Shown: in pieces, positions 9,987 through 19,614 of the stretch
Layout: each line of letters starts with the position of its first letter
How positions within the stretch are numbered: position 1 is the first letter of the stretch
Sequence record: OP589283.1
DNA: 64,000 nucleotides
Reading direction: 5' to 3' (one strand)
The notes under the pieces: generated by a model
Database searches by the model: none
Told to the model about the DNA's origin: nothing
The model's input: the letters and a program-made list of their open reading frames with translations, nothing else
Position numbers and translations under genes: made by a program

Positions 9987-11123
9987 CTACATAGGGGCAG
10001 TAGTTGGGCTACCGTTGTTACCATTTCCATGGGTGTGTCCTAGGAAGGATTTACCCCCGATTATTGCGTCTCCAGTAATTGTGGCGGTAGTACCCACCTT
10101 TGCATCTTGTTTAATATCCAAACTTCCTGAACCAGTTATACTACCGGCCGCAGGAATAGAACCACTCCCGCCCCCAGAAGAACTGGATACAGTGTCTCCG
10201 TTAATTTTAATGGTAACAGACACAGAAGCGGCTCCCGCTGCTGATGCTACCCCTCCTGCTAATACCCCCCCGCTGATTTTTTCAGACCCCTGACGCGTTA
10301 AGTCTCCTTGTGCTATGTAATCTCCCTTTTGGGCGTATTTTCCTTCTTGAGTAATATTCCCTCGCCATATTGTTTCAGGGCAATCCACAATCAGTTTCTC
10401 TTTAATATAGAGTCGCATAATTTGCGTATAAATTTCGATTTGTTTCCCAATCTCCACATTTAATGAATCGGGAATTTTAATAAACATATCTTCTTTATCA
10501 ATACAAAAACTACTGCCGTCTTTGTTAACGTAAGTCAGACTATGTTCAACGTCATTTATATTTAAAATACTTTCTTCGCCCCCCACAATGGAAAGATAAC
10601 CTTCTTTTCCATTAATGTTGATATCCCATGTGGTAGCTTCACTATTTTTATCCGTAGTGCGTAATCTAACTTCTCCAGTGTGAGTGCTGATTAACATTGT
10701 GTAATAGTTTTCAAGGTCGAATTCATAATCCGTCCCTAATTCAGGGTTTGCACTCCATCCCCACATAACAGTTTCTAATTTATGGGTGACAAGGTTCATC
10801 CCCCATGTGGTCCAATAGTACTTATCAGTACCTGCAATTGTGTACAATAATACTGGGGTGCCTTCCCTAACGTCCGGTGCAGTAATTCGATTGGGTTCAC
10901 CCATACTACGCCATACAGCCGGTACAGTGTTGCTTCTTAGTGATGAAGTGCGTACAACGTTACCTGAAGCATCTTGTCCTTCTACGGTGACTTCACTATT
11001 GTTTGCTCTTACTGCACCGCTGGCTTCTGGAGAATAACGAGGAAGGTAAACCATAATGTCTTTAGAGTTAGTATTTTTATTTACTGCGACAGTGGCTTGA
11101 CCTAAAAATTGTATTACGTTCAT
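9987..11123 (-). CDS. Central tail spike / baseplate puncturing protein (gpV/gp138-like; phiKZ gp164-like)
   Basis: OB-fold-like N-terminus (ITAPDVREGTPVLLY), beta-helix repeats, and a C-terminal HxH metal-binding tip FLGHTHGNGNNGSPTTAPM. Confidence 0.8.
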   Translation of the reverse strand: MNVIQFLGQATVAVNKNTNSKDIMVYLPRYSPEASGAVRANNSEVTVEGQDASGNVVRTSSLRSNTVPAVWRSMGEPNRITAPDVREGTPVLLYTIAGTDKYYWTTWGMNLVTHKLETVMWGWSANPELGTDYEFDLENYYTMLISTHTGEVRLRTTDKNSEATTWDININGKEGYLSIVGGEESILNINDVEHSLTYVNKDGSSFCIDKEDMFIKIPDSLNVEIGKQIEIYTQIMRLYIKEKLIVDCPETIWRGNITQEGKYAQKGDYIAQGDLTRQGSEKISGGVLAGGVASAAGAASVSVTIKINGDTVSSSSGGGSGSIPAAGSITGSGSLDIKQDAKVGTTATITGDAIIGGKSFLGHTHGNGNNGSPTTAPM

Positions 11124-11189
11124 AGTTTATTAACCTTAAATAAAAACGACACGTCCAAATATATAACATCTCACAAGAGGAATAACATC

Positions 11190-11489
11190 ATGTCATCACT
11201 TTGGATAGACCCTGTTTTTAAACTCGTTCCACCCACCCCCGACCATCCCGGTTATGACGATTGGGTAGAACGTATGTTTATCTTGGGATATGAGAATCCC
11301 TACGATGCTTATTTTGGTTCTCCAAGTAGGCCTGTTTCATTTGCAACGACAGCAGCGGTACATGGCGCTATTTCTGGTGTTGTGGCGGCGACTGTAATAG
11401 AAGGTACTCCGGAAGAGAAATTAAGGGCCGGATTGGTTGCTGGAGGATTAACGGCAGTTGGTTCTCTGTTCTTAAACATTTTCTTATAA
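11190..11489 (+). CDS. Small membrane protein with glycine-zipper C-terminus
   Basis: RBS gagg precedes the ATG at 11190 (MSSLWIDP). Hydrophobic GAISGVVAA and AGLVAGGLTAVGSLFLNIFL segments. Confidence 0.55.
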   Translation: MSSLWIDPVFKLVPPTPDHPGYDDWVERMFILGYENPYDAYFGSPSRPVSFATTAAVHGAISGVVAATVIEGTPEEKLRAGLVAGGLTAVGSLFLNIFL

Positions 11490-11509
11490 CCGAAATGGAC
11501 GCGGGCTAA

Positions 11510-13993
11510 ATGATTCACAAATTAGAATTAGAGAATTACATCCCGTTATTAGTTGCGGGTATTAGTAAAATTTCCATGACCTTAGGGGAAGTTGTAAATT
11601 TACTGATTAGTCTAAATGGCTCCGGTAAATCACGACTCCTTACTCAAATGAACCCACTGCCTGCTGAAAATGCTGATTTTACTAATGGTCGAAAATACAT
11701 TGAGATATTGTTAAACAATAGACTCTATAAACTGCTAAGTGTAACAGGTAAAGACGGTTATCACAGTTTTAAAATTGATGACGGTCCAGAACTGAACACA
11801 GGCGGCACCATTAGTGTACAGAAAAAATTAGTTCAACAACACTTCAAGCTTAATCCCAACTTAGCCAAAGTGCTAAGTGGGATTAAAGCAGGTGACCTTC
11901 TCAGCAATTTATCAGCAGTACGCCGTAAAGATGTATTTATGGAGTTGTACCCAAATGATGTCGATTATGCCTTGAGTGTTTATAACAAATTAAAGGCAGA
12001 AAGAAATAATTTAAAGGGTGCGATTAAAAACCAAATGAAGAACTTGTCAGAAGAAACTGAAAAGTTATTCCGATTAAGGGAAAGTGAGTACGAAGGAGAT
12101 TTAGATAAGGAAATTGAAAAACTGGATGAAAGTATTAAGGAAGGGTTAGTATTAAGTGGAATGCTTTCTCAATTTAAACTGAGTCCTGAAAAAGAAGATT
12201 TGTTTAAACGGTTCAATTCGCTGACTAAGAAATTAACGTTAACAGCGTTAACAGCAAAACCTCAGTACACCGAATCAATGATTCGTGCATTTATTGAATT
12301 GCGGACAGCCAACTTAAATTCCTTTATTAAATTAAAGGATCATTTTGCGAGTTTATTAGCGGAATGTCGTTGTCAAATAGAGGAATTAGGAGAAGGTAAG
12401 ATAGATGACCCTGCGACGTTTAAAGAACACCTCGCTTCTGTTGAAGGGGAAATAAACCGCACTAAAGCAGATTTTGATAATGCATATCGGTTATACAAAG
12501 ACCTTCCTTATTTTGGCGAACATGAACCATCTGAAACGCTGGTTGTGATTACAGATGAGTTTATTAATTACTTGAATAGGGTGGTGGATTGTGGTACAGC
12601 AAATCTAACCAGTACTGAATATCAATCTCTTTGTAAAGAAAAAGAACAACTGTCTTTAAACATTTCGTCTAATACCTACACAATTGAAAAAATCCAGCAC
12701 CAATTAAACCACATTCGAAATATGGAAGATTTAACTTGTCCTGAATGTACACATACCTTTAAACAAGGTGTGACAAAGAAAGACATTGTGGATTTAGAAA
12801 CTCGTGTAGAACGGTTAACAAAAGAAAATGAATTGCTTCAACGTAATCTCTCCATTGTTTCTGATAAAGTCGAATTGGAAAATGATTGGTATTTAACCAT
12901 GAAACAATTGACCGGGTTTCTTCGGGAGAATGATCACGTAAAGGGATTGACAGATGTTATTCGAATTTATAATGTAGGTAAGTTCGAAAGTAACTTAGGG
13001 CGAGATGCGTTAATTAACGCGTTAAATCTTCACAGGGTGACATTAAAACATCAACAGGCTCTCTCAGCCTTACTGGAAGAGAAAAACGTATTAGCGTCTC
13101 GTATAGCGTTGTTAGATAAAGTCAGTCAAGATGGATTGTTTAAGAAAGTCACTGAGTTCGAACAAATGTTGCTTTTTTACACAGATGCAGTTAATCGCTG
13201 TAAAAAGTCCATTGATGAGTTACAAGAAGAATTAAACATCATCATCGAATACACCCAAGGAATTTCTTTGTTAGGCGTGTTGCAAAATCAAATTGAAGAC
13301 GTCATCGAAAATGAAACGGGTTATAAGTTGAAGAAAGTATTAGACAATAAATTAAACTTAATGTCGGATAAGAAAAATCAACTGATGAAAGATGTGATTC
13401 GAAAAGCAAGCTTAGAAACGGTTGTTGAAAAGATTGAAGAAAATCTAGCGTCATTAAAACGACGTTATCTGATTGTCACCAAACTCATGGATGGATTATG
13501 TCCTAACAAAGGGTTGATTGGAAAACTCATGACGGATTTCATTAAAACAGTTTGCGGTAACATGAACGCATTAATTAAAGAAATTTGGAATGGCACGCTG
13601 TATGTTAAACCGTGTTCAAAAGATAACGGTGATTTAACATACAAGTTTCCAGTAGTCAACGGGCATGATTCTGAAACATCGGATATTGAGGATTGCAGTG
13701 ATGGCCAGTGTGATATTATCAATTATGCATTTCGTCATGTTATTTTAAAATACCATGATTCGGGATTCCCGTTAATTATGGATGAGATTGGTGTGAAGTT
13801 TGACGAAATCAATCGAAATCGTTTCTTTAGTTATATTAACGAATATGTCAACAGTGGGGATTGTAAACAACTGTTTATGATTAGTCATTACGTTAACCAG
13901 TATGAGTCGTTTAAACACGCAAACATCATTGCGTTAAAATATGACGGTTTAACATTAACAGGTAAAGTTAATCGTAATACAGTAATACAGTAG
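11510..13993 (+). CDS. sbcC: SbcC/Rad50-like SMC ATPase
   Basis: Walker A SLNGSGKS, long coiled coils, zinc hook CPEC, signature-like CSDGQ, Walker B LIMDE, H-loop ISH. Confidence 0.9.
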   Translation: MIHKLELENYIPLLVAGISKISMTLGEVVNLLISLNGSGKSRLLTQMNPLPAENADFTNGRKYIEILLNNRLYKLLSVTGKDGYHSFKIDDGPELNTGGTISVQKKLVQQHFKLNPNLAKVLSGIKAGDLLSNLSAVRRKDVFMELYPNDVDYALSVYNKLKAERNNLKGAIKNQMKNLSEETEKLFRLRESEYEGDLDKEIEKLDESIKEGLVLSGMLSQFKLSPEKEDLFKRFNSLTKKLTLTALTAKPQYTESMIRAFIELRTANLNSFIKLKDHFASLLAECRCQIEELGEGKIDDPATFKEHLASVEGEINRTKADFDNAYRLYKDLPYFGEHEPSETLVVITDEFINYLNRVVDCGTANLTSTEYQSLCKEKEQLSLNISSNTYTIEKIQHQLNHIRNMEDLTCPECTHTFKQGVTKKDIVDLETRVERLTKENELLQRNLSIVSDKVELENDWYLTMKQLTGFLRENDHVKGLTDVIRIYNVGKFESNLGRDALINALNLHRVTLKHQQALSALLEEKNVLASRIALLDKVSQDGLFKKVTEFEQMLLFYTDAVNRCKKSIDELQEELNIIIEYTQGISLLGVLQNQIEDVIENETGYKLKKVLDNKLNLMSDKKNQLMKDVIRKASLETVVEKIEENLASLKRRYLIVTKLMDGLCPNKGLIGKLMTDFIKTVCGNMNALIKEIWNGTLYVKPCSKDNGDLTYKFPVVNGHDSETSDIEDCSDGQCDIINYAFRHVILKYHDSGFPLIMDEIGVKFDEINRNRFFSYINEYVNSGDCKQLFMISHYVNQYESFKHANIIALKYDGLTLTGKVNRNTVIQ

Positions 13994-14000
13994 TAAGTGA

Positions 14001-14022
14001 GCCGGGGTAACTCGGCTTAACT
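14001..14022 (+). terminator. Hairpin after sbcC
   Basis: gagccggg-gtaa-ctcggctt imperfect stem immediately after the stop codon. Confidence 0.5.
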
Positions 14023-14033
14023 GTTTAGAGTTC

Positions 14034-14041
14034 TATATTAC
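14034..14041 (+). promoter_or_regulatory. phiKZ-type early promoter motif TATATTAC
   Basis: Exact match to the known phiKZ early (virion RNAP) promoter core in an intergenic AT-rich region. Confidence 0.6.
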
Positions 14042-14095
14042 TTTAAGGAAGGTGTTGCTTATAAGGTTTAACGGTGTCTGTTAAAGGTGAGTAAA

Positions 14096-14194
14096 ATGTC
14101 GACACATAAAAATGTTTCTTTTAACATCGAGTTCAATGAAAATGAACACACAAATAAGTTATTAACGAGTATGAAGTCAAGTAACTCGGCTTAA
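14096..14194 (+). CDS. Possible 32-aa small ORF
   Basis: aaggtgag RBS-like sequence then MSTHKNVSFNIEFNENEHTNKLLTSMKSSNSA*, downstream of an early promoter motif. Confidence 0.3.
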   Translation: MSTHKNVSFNIEFNENEHTNKLLTSMKSSNSA

Positions 14195-14297
14195 CTATGG
14201 ATTGTTTTAGCACGATTCTTTCTATGGGTATAGGTTGGAAGAAACGCATCAATAACTTGACTCATTATCTATTTCATTTTTATAAGAGAGAATCATC

Positions 14298-14549
14298 ATG
14301 GTAGGTACATTAACCGTAAGAGAACAAAACAACATTCTTTATCCAGACCCAACGGGTATTTTTTCAGTCACTTATTCTGTCAATTTGATTGATGGTAGTA
14401 AAGTGGCGAGTATCGGTTGGGGTGGTAAAATGTTTGGATTGGTGACAAAGGACGCCAATAACTTTTTAGTGAGTATTCAGGTATTGGATGAAATGTCTGA
14501 CTCCCCCGAACTAAGAACAAGTTTGGAGAATATTGGCCGTGTTATTTGA
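14298..14549 (+). CDS. Hypothetical protein (83 aa)
   Basis: RBS agag upstream; followed by a terminator. Confidence 0.6.
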   Translation: MVGTLTVREQNNILYPDPTGIFSVTYSVNLIDGSKVASIGWGGKMFGLVTKDANNFLVSIQVLDEMSDSPELRTSLENIGRVI

Positions 14550-14553
14550 TGCG

Positions 14554-14586
14554 TTATAAGGGGAAGGAATGACCTTCCCCTTATAA
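14554..14586 (+). terminator. Intrinsic terminator hairpin
   Basis: ttataaggggaagg-aatga-ccttccccttataa. Confidence 0.75.
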
Positions 14587-14620
14587 GCTTTATGTATGCT
14601 ATTAAAAAATCGAGGTATTT

Positions 14621-16600
14621 ATGTTTTCTACAGAAGAACTGCTTTTAGATGCTCTTAGAGAGTTTAATGTGGAATCACATCAAGCTTTGTTTCAGAAATT
14701 AAAGGGCATCATTAACCACCATAATAACTTATATTTTGTTAAAAACTCCCCAGAAATTTCTGACGAAGAGTATGATAGATTATTTAACATTTATCAAACA
14801 CTTGTGAATCTTTATTTTGATAAACCAGAAACAATATCAGTTGATACGTCTGTTTTACTTCCCATATCAGAACCTACCCATCTCGATTTAATCGAGTTCA
14901 CTACTCCAATGATGAGTTTAGATAAGGCGCTAAACTTAGAAGCATTTGAAAAGTTCTTTAATAAATTCCCTGAAGATACTGAATTTGATTACGAATACAA
15001 GTATGACGGATTGGCATTAGAAGCCAAATTTGTTAATGGGGTGTTGTTAGGACTCAAGACTCGTTATGACGGAATGAGCGGTGAAGATGTATTACACAAC
15101 ATCTCACTATTTGATAAGTCATTAGGCTTGTATTTCCCCGGCTTAGATGAGATTAATGAAGTTACCATCAGGGGAGAAGCTTATCTCACCATTAAGAATT
15201 TTGAAAAGATTAACGAAACCTTAGATAAACCTTTTAAAACACCACGTAGTGCCGCAAGTGGTTTAATTCGTCGGCTTAAAGGAAATAATGACGAGAGTTT
15301 TAATGGAATGTTGTCGTTTGTTGTGTATTACAGCGATAAAGACTTCGGTCACACCCATTATTCCCAAGTGAAGAATCATCTTTACGATAAAGGATTCAAA
15401 GTTCCTTTATCAGCATCACACAAAGCGATTGTGTTGAATGAACGTCCATCCGATATACCAACGGATGGGATTGTCGTTAAAGCAGATGAAATTGCTTTAC
15501 AAAGAGAATTAGGGGAACGTCAGAATAACCCTCGTTGGGCAATTGCGTATAAGTTCCCTCCTTTAACAGGTACCGCCGAATTTCTTGGTGTACATTGGAA
15601 CCTTAGTTTAACCGGCACTTTATCGCCCGTTGCAATTTACACCCCGGTTAGTATTGGTGGAGTCACTAACACTAATGCCACTTTGTTTAACTATCGCACG
15701 TTTAAACAAAAAGGACTGCGATTAGGGGCGAGACTAGAAATTAGTCGCAACGGTGACTGTGTGCCTTATATTGCCAATGTCATCGAAAATGGGACGGGTA
15801 AGTTAGTCACCGCACCAAAAGAGTGCCCAAGTTGTGGTGCGATACTTCAGTATTCTGGGGTTAATGATGAGGAGGTTAATTTATATTGTCCTAACAGTAT
15901 CGGTTGTAAAGGGCAATTGGCAGGTAGGGTAAATCAATTCCTTGGTAAAGCAGGTTTAAATGTGAAAGGGATAGGTTTAACGACGATAACAGAATGGGTT
16001 AAGAAAGGAATAATCACGAAGTTAACTGATTTGTATACTGCTTCTTCAGAATTATTAGGTGAACGGTTTTATAACCTCATCCACAATAATACTGAATGTA
16101 AGTTAAGTAACTTTTTAGTAGGATTAGCATTACCGGGAGTAGGCATTGTTACTGCCAAAGAACTGGTAAAACTATCTGAAAGAGAGAAACCGATATTAGA
16201 GTTGCTAAGCGATAATCAATTGCTGATTAAATTTGGTATTGAGATTGGTATCGCGCTAGCGGTTGCTGATTACTTTTCTGAAACCAGCAAATACAAAGAA
16301 GTTGAAAAACTGTTAAGTTATCTGACCATCTTACCTGAAGATAATGAAACACTATTGGGTAAGCGGGTTTATTTAACCGGGGTGTGTGATATCCCGCGTA
16401 AAGAAATAAAGGCATTGCTTGCGTTAAACGGCATTGAATTAGTAGATAATTTCAATGGTTCTGTGAGTGTGCTTTTAAAAGGTAGTAATCCCGGCGAAAG
16501 TAAAATAAACGCCGCCAATAAACGTAAAATAAAGATTGTGGAGATTACTCCACCATTCAACATCAACACAGTCCTTAGGGAGATTAACAATGAGCATTAA
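14621..16600 (+). CDS. ligA: NAD+-dependent DNA ligase
   Basis: ISDEEYD, MMSLDK, adenylation motif EYKYDG, RGE, TDGIVVK, PRWAIAYKFP, OB domain, Zn finger CPSC..C...C, HhH GIG, C-terminal BRCT (LTG...GSNPGESKI..A). Confidence 0.97.
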   Translation: MFSTEELLLDALREFNVESHQALFQKLKGIINHHNNLYFVKNSPEISDEEYDRLFNIYQTLVNLYFDKPETISVDTSVLLPISEPTHLDLIEFTTPMMSLDKALNLEAFEKFFNKFPEDTEFDYEYKYDGLALEAKFVNGVLLGLKTRYDGMSGEDVLHNISLFDKSLGLYFPGLDEINEVTIRGEAYLTIKNFEKINETLDKPFKTPRSAASGLIRRLKGNNDESFNGMLSFVVYYSDKDFGHTHYSQVKNHLYDKGFKVPLSASHKAIVLNERPSDIPTDGIVVKADEIALQRELGERQNNPRWAIAYKFPPLTGTAEFLGVHWNLSLTGTLSPVAIYTPVSIGGVTNTNATLFNYRTFKQKGLRLGARLEISRNGDCVPYIANVIENGTGKLVTAPKECPSCGAILQYSGVNDEEVNLYCPNSIGCKGQLAGRVNQFLGKAGLNVKGIGLTTITEWVKKGIITKLTDLYTASSELLGERFYNLIHNNTECKLSNFLVGLALPGVGIVTAKELVKLSEREKPILELLSDNQLLIKFGIEIGIALAVADYFSETSKYKEVEKLLSYLTILPEDNETLLGKRVYLTGVCDIPRKEIKALLALNGIELVDNFNGSVSVLLKGSNPGESKINAANKRKIKIVEITPPFNINTVLREINNEH

Positions 16601-17915
16601 ATTAAAAGCAAAGAAAGAAAAAGAAACCCCAGTTGCAGTAGTAACTGACGAAGCGGTGTTAACCACAGACAGTGGTGTTAAAACGTTAGCTGAGAAAAAA
16701 CACCCTAAAGCGGTTAACTTACGTGAACCTTTTGACGAGAAAAAACATCTCAATTATCCAAAGGTAGAAAATGCTTCTGGTGAAATCCTTAAACCAATAG
16801 AAGTGATTACGTTCTATGGTGGGATCGAAAAAGTTGTGTTTAGTAATGAACACGATAAACTAAGAAGCAAATTAAGTAAATTAAAGTGCTCTCTTTTTGG
16901 TTATCGCCAATTTTCAGTTGATAAAGAACTAGAAAAACCCATTAAAAATAAAAAGCTCTATTGTTTTAAAGATAAAGACGTAACACTCTACCTAACAGAT
17001 GATTGTGAGGTCAGATTCGTAGAAGGAGGTTTTTATGGGTTTAAACCTTCAGAACCTACCATTCTTGTTGCTTCAGGATTAAAAACTTCCGAACTTCGTA
17101 TTAAAGGAATTAACCTTTTTATGGGAAATGGAGTTGAGAGTTTGGCGTATGTCAACCTTTCTGATTCAATTACCCTATTAGGTGATTTTGATATATCGGT
17201 GAACTCCGCTGGAAATATCAACCGAATCAATATCCCTAATCAAACGTACTATAAAACACAGGGTGGTTCGTTTATTTCTAGAAGCGCTGTTTTTGCCGGA
17301 AGACATTCCAGCAAAACAGATATATCAATAGAAAAATCGATCGTCACTTGCGCCCATTTCTTTAACACTGACTCGTTAAATGCTAATCAAAGTGTTTTGT
17401 CCAATGTAAGCATTAATGTTAAAAACATGTATTTAACCCGTGTTTCTATTATTGGCGGGAGTATCAATCTCAAAAGCATGTATGTGAAAAATGTGAAGTT
17501 GGTTAATCCCGCTATTTATTCTCCCACTTCAACTGTTTCAACAGACCATTCTTACGGTATTTCAGAAATACATCATCCGTTATTACCCAAAGTAATGGTG
17601 TTGGTTAACGGAGAAAAAGAAGTATCCTTAAAAGCATCACACTTTGATGAAACGATAACAATCAGTTTAACAGACACGGTTTCTGAGATTATTCAAAAAT
17701 TAATCGGCTGGAAAGACAGTTTTAGTAAACCCATGTTCACAGAAACTGAATCGTTGGAATTGGCTAAGCTGATTTTCTCCAGAACAACTGTATTGCGCAC
17801 GTTGAGTAATATTGAAAATACAAGACGACATTTCAATTTTGTTAATCGAATGCACCTACCGATTCTTGATGAAACAAACGATTATGATGATTCTTGGGAT
17901 ATCGGTGAATTTTAA
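16590..17915 (+). CDS. Hypothetical protein
   Basis: Long ORF; likely start is the ATG at 16590 (RBS ggag), overlapping the end of ligA. The C-terminal half has I/V/L-x-x-S/N periodicity. Confidence 0.7.
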   Translation: MSIKLKAKKEKETPVAVVTDEAVLTTDSGVKTLAEKKHPKAVNLREPFDEKKHLNYPKVENASGEILKPIEVITFYGGIEKVVFSNEHDKLRSKLSKLKCSLFGYRQFSVDKELEKPIKNKKLYCFKDKDVTLYLTDDCEVRFVEGGFYGFKPSEPTILVASGLKTSELRIKGINLFMGNGVESLAYVNLSDSITLLGDFDISVNSAGNINRINIPNQTYYKTQGGSFISRSAVFAGRHSSKTDISIEKSIVTCAHFFNTDSLNANQSVLSNVSINVKNMYLTRVSIIGGSINLKSMYVKNVKLVNPAIYSPTSTVSTDHSYGISEIHHPLLPKVMVLVNGEKEVSLKASHFDETITISLTDTVSEIIQKLIGWKDSFSKPMFTETESLELAKLIFSRTTVLRTLSNIENTRRHFNFVNRMHLPILDETNDYDDSWDIGEF

Positions 17916-17923
17916 TCAACTAA

Positions 17924-17949
17924 GTAAGAGGGAGATTACTCCCTCTTAC
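17924..17949 (+). terminator. Intrinsic terminator hairpin
   Basis: gtaagagggag-atta-ctccctcttac followed by tttt. Confidence 0.75.
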
Positions 17950-17969
17950 TTTTATAAAGGAGTTGTCTC

Positions 17970-18515
17970 ATGGCAACTAAACCTTACATTGTTTACACCG
18001 ATGGTTCTGCATTAAAAAATCCAGGGCCAGGTGGATACGGTATTGTGCTAAGGCTAGGAAGCCAAATGACAACCTTATCCAAAGGATTTAAACTCACCAC
18101 CAATAACCGCATGGAAATTATGGCAGTAATAGTGGCATTACAAACGATAGGAGAAGGAAAGAAAGTCGAAATCCACACAGATAGCGAATACACCATTAAT
18201 GCAATCACTAAGTGGATTTTTGGCTGGAAGAAAAATAACTGGATTAAACATGACGGTGGGTCAGTAACCAATCGAGATTTAATCGAACAACTTGACGAAC
18301 TTGTTCGATTAAATAAAGTCACATTTATCAAAGTAAAAGCTCACGTCGGTATCCCAGATAACGAGTTAGCTGATAAATTGGCTAAAGAAGGTGCTGGTAA
18401 TCCCACAGAAATTGATGAGGGATATTTAGAAGAGTTAGCTAAACCTAAACCCCCTGTTGTCAATAACAATTATCAAAACAAGTATAAACCCTGGTACTAT
18501 AAAAAGAGAGCATAA
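17970..18515 (+). CDS. rnhA: Ribonuclease HI (bacterial-type)
   Basis: VYTDGSALKNPGPGGYG, TTNNRMEIMA, HTDSEY, WKKNNW, VTNRDL, KVKAHVGIPDNELADKLA. Confidence 0.97.
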   Translation: MATKPYIVYTDGSALKNPGPGGYGIVLRLGSQMTTLSKGFKLTTNNRMEIMAVIVALQTIGEGKKVEIHTDSEYTINAITKWIFGWKKNNWIKHDGGSVTNRDLIEQLDELVRLNKVTFIKVKAHVGIPDNELADKLAKEGAGNPTEIDEGYLEELAKPKPPVVNNNYQNKYKPWYYKKRA

Positions 18516-18517
18516 AA

Positions 18518-19072
18518 ATGATCCCGCAATATAAACCCAACGTAAGTTTAATTACTGCCAAGATAGGCAAAATAGTAAACAACCTATATTGGTTAATTAG
18601 TAACTCTGGAAGTTCAATTCAATATCCAAAAATTGAATTGGGTAAAGACCGCGTAGTTGTTAATCGACACTTGATTAATTTACTCACTGTAAATGAAAAA
18701 GATTATATCACCTACCTAGCTTTCATGTATAGACTCAATGAAGAAGAAAATGTGGTGGTGCACTTCAAAGTGGATATGGAGAAATTTGAAGTCACCGATT
18801 TTCCTGTTGTATTAAATACGCTTGTCAAAAGTATTTTGAACACATCATCGCTTGTTCATGAATACGGTGTTGTACTTAATCGAGATAACTTTATAAAGTA
18901 TGTGGGATTGGTTGGTTATGTAGACCAATATGAAATTGAATCAATTGAAACATCATTATTTAAGATGATGATTTCTGATGAAGACATACCTCCTTCTACT
19001 TACGAAAATATCCGATTGTTAGAACTCAATGATTTCATTGGGGATTTCCTCCAAATGTGTAAACGTGTATAA
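18518..19072 (+). CDS. Hypothetical protein
   Basis: 184-aa ORF directly downstream of rnhA in the same operon. Confidence 0.65.
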   Translation: MIPQYKPNVSLITAKIGKIVNNLYWLISNSGSSIQYPKIELGKDRVVVNRHLINLLTVNEKDYITYLAFMYRLNEEENVVVHFKVDMEKFEVTDFPVVLNTLVKSILNTSSLVHEYGVVLNRDNFIKYVGLVGYVDQYEIESIETSLFKMMISDEDIPPSTYENIRLLELNDFIGDFLQMCKRV

Positions 19073-19091
19073 CGTTAAAAATGTTCAACCC

Positions 19092-19099
19092 TATATTAC
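19092..19099 (+). promoter_or_regulatory. phiKZ-type early promoter motif TATATTAC
   Basis: Exact motif about 50 nt upstream of ORF 19148. Confidence 0.6.
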
Positions 19100-19147
19100 C
19101 TATGTGAATCTGTCACATCAAACTTTATATCAAGAAGGATTTTCAGT

Positions 19148-19561
19148 ATGACTAACGCCACTACCCCTTTAAAAACGTTCGAAGTTCCTTTCACTAAAGA
19201 GTTCCATAATGTATTAGAAAGTAGCTTTTCACGCGCAATGAAAAAGGCGGTAAGAAGAAAAAGACTTCCGATAATAGCTCCTATTTCGGAAATTAATAAT
19301 AACAACACCAGTTTAGTAATGGGTGCGTTAACAACTTGCCAAATTGGAGAATTGCTAATTAATAACATCTCTCCATTAGAAAATGGTGGTGTAAAAATCT
19401 CGGGTACGCTCACTCCTTTCGGGGATGGAGCCAGACTGTTCATAGAAGCGGTCAACAATGGTACCTTAACTGACAGCATTACAAATCTTTACGGACTATG
19501 GGGTCAAGAAGACCATAAGTTTGTAACAGTTTTAGGGTTAGAGTCCTCTCTAGCTAAGTAA
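19148..19561 (+). CDS. Hypothetical protein
   Basis: RBS aagga; flanked by a promoter motif and a terminator. Confidence 0.65.
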   Translation: MTNATTPLKTFEVPFTKEFHNVLESSFSRAMKKAVRRKRLPIIAPISEINNNNTSLVMGALTTCQIGELLINNISPLENGGVKISGTLTPFGDGARLFIEAVNNGTLTDSITNLYGLWGQEDHKFVTVLGLESSLAK

Positions 19562-19565
19562 CCAC

Positions 19566-19597
19566 AAAAAGGGGATGTCAGGAGTCCCCTTTCTTTT
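19566..19597 (+). terminator. Intrinsic terminator hairpin
   Basis: aaaaagggga-tgtcaggag-tcccctttc followed by a long T run. Confidence 0.7.
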
Positions 19598-19614
19598 TTT
19601 ATTGGGAGTTAACA

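Noticed and set aside
10015-10293. Pro/Ala-rich plus-strand ORF
   Set aside because: Antisense shadow of the Gly/Ser/Ala-rich part of the spike gene
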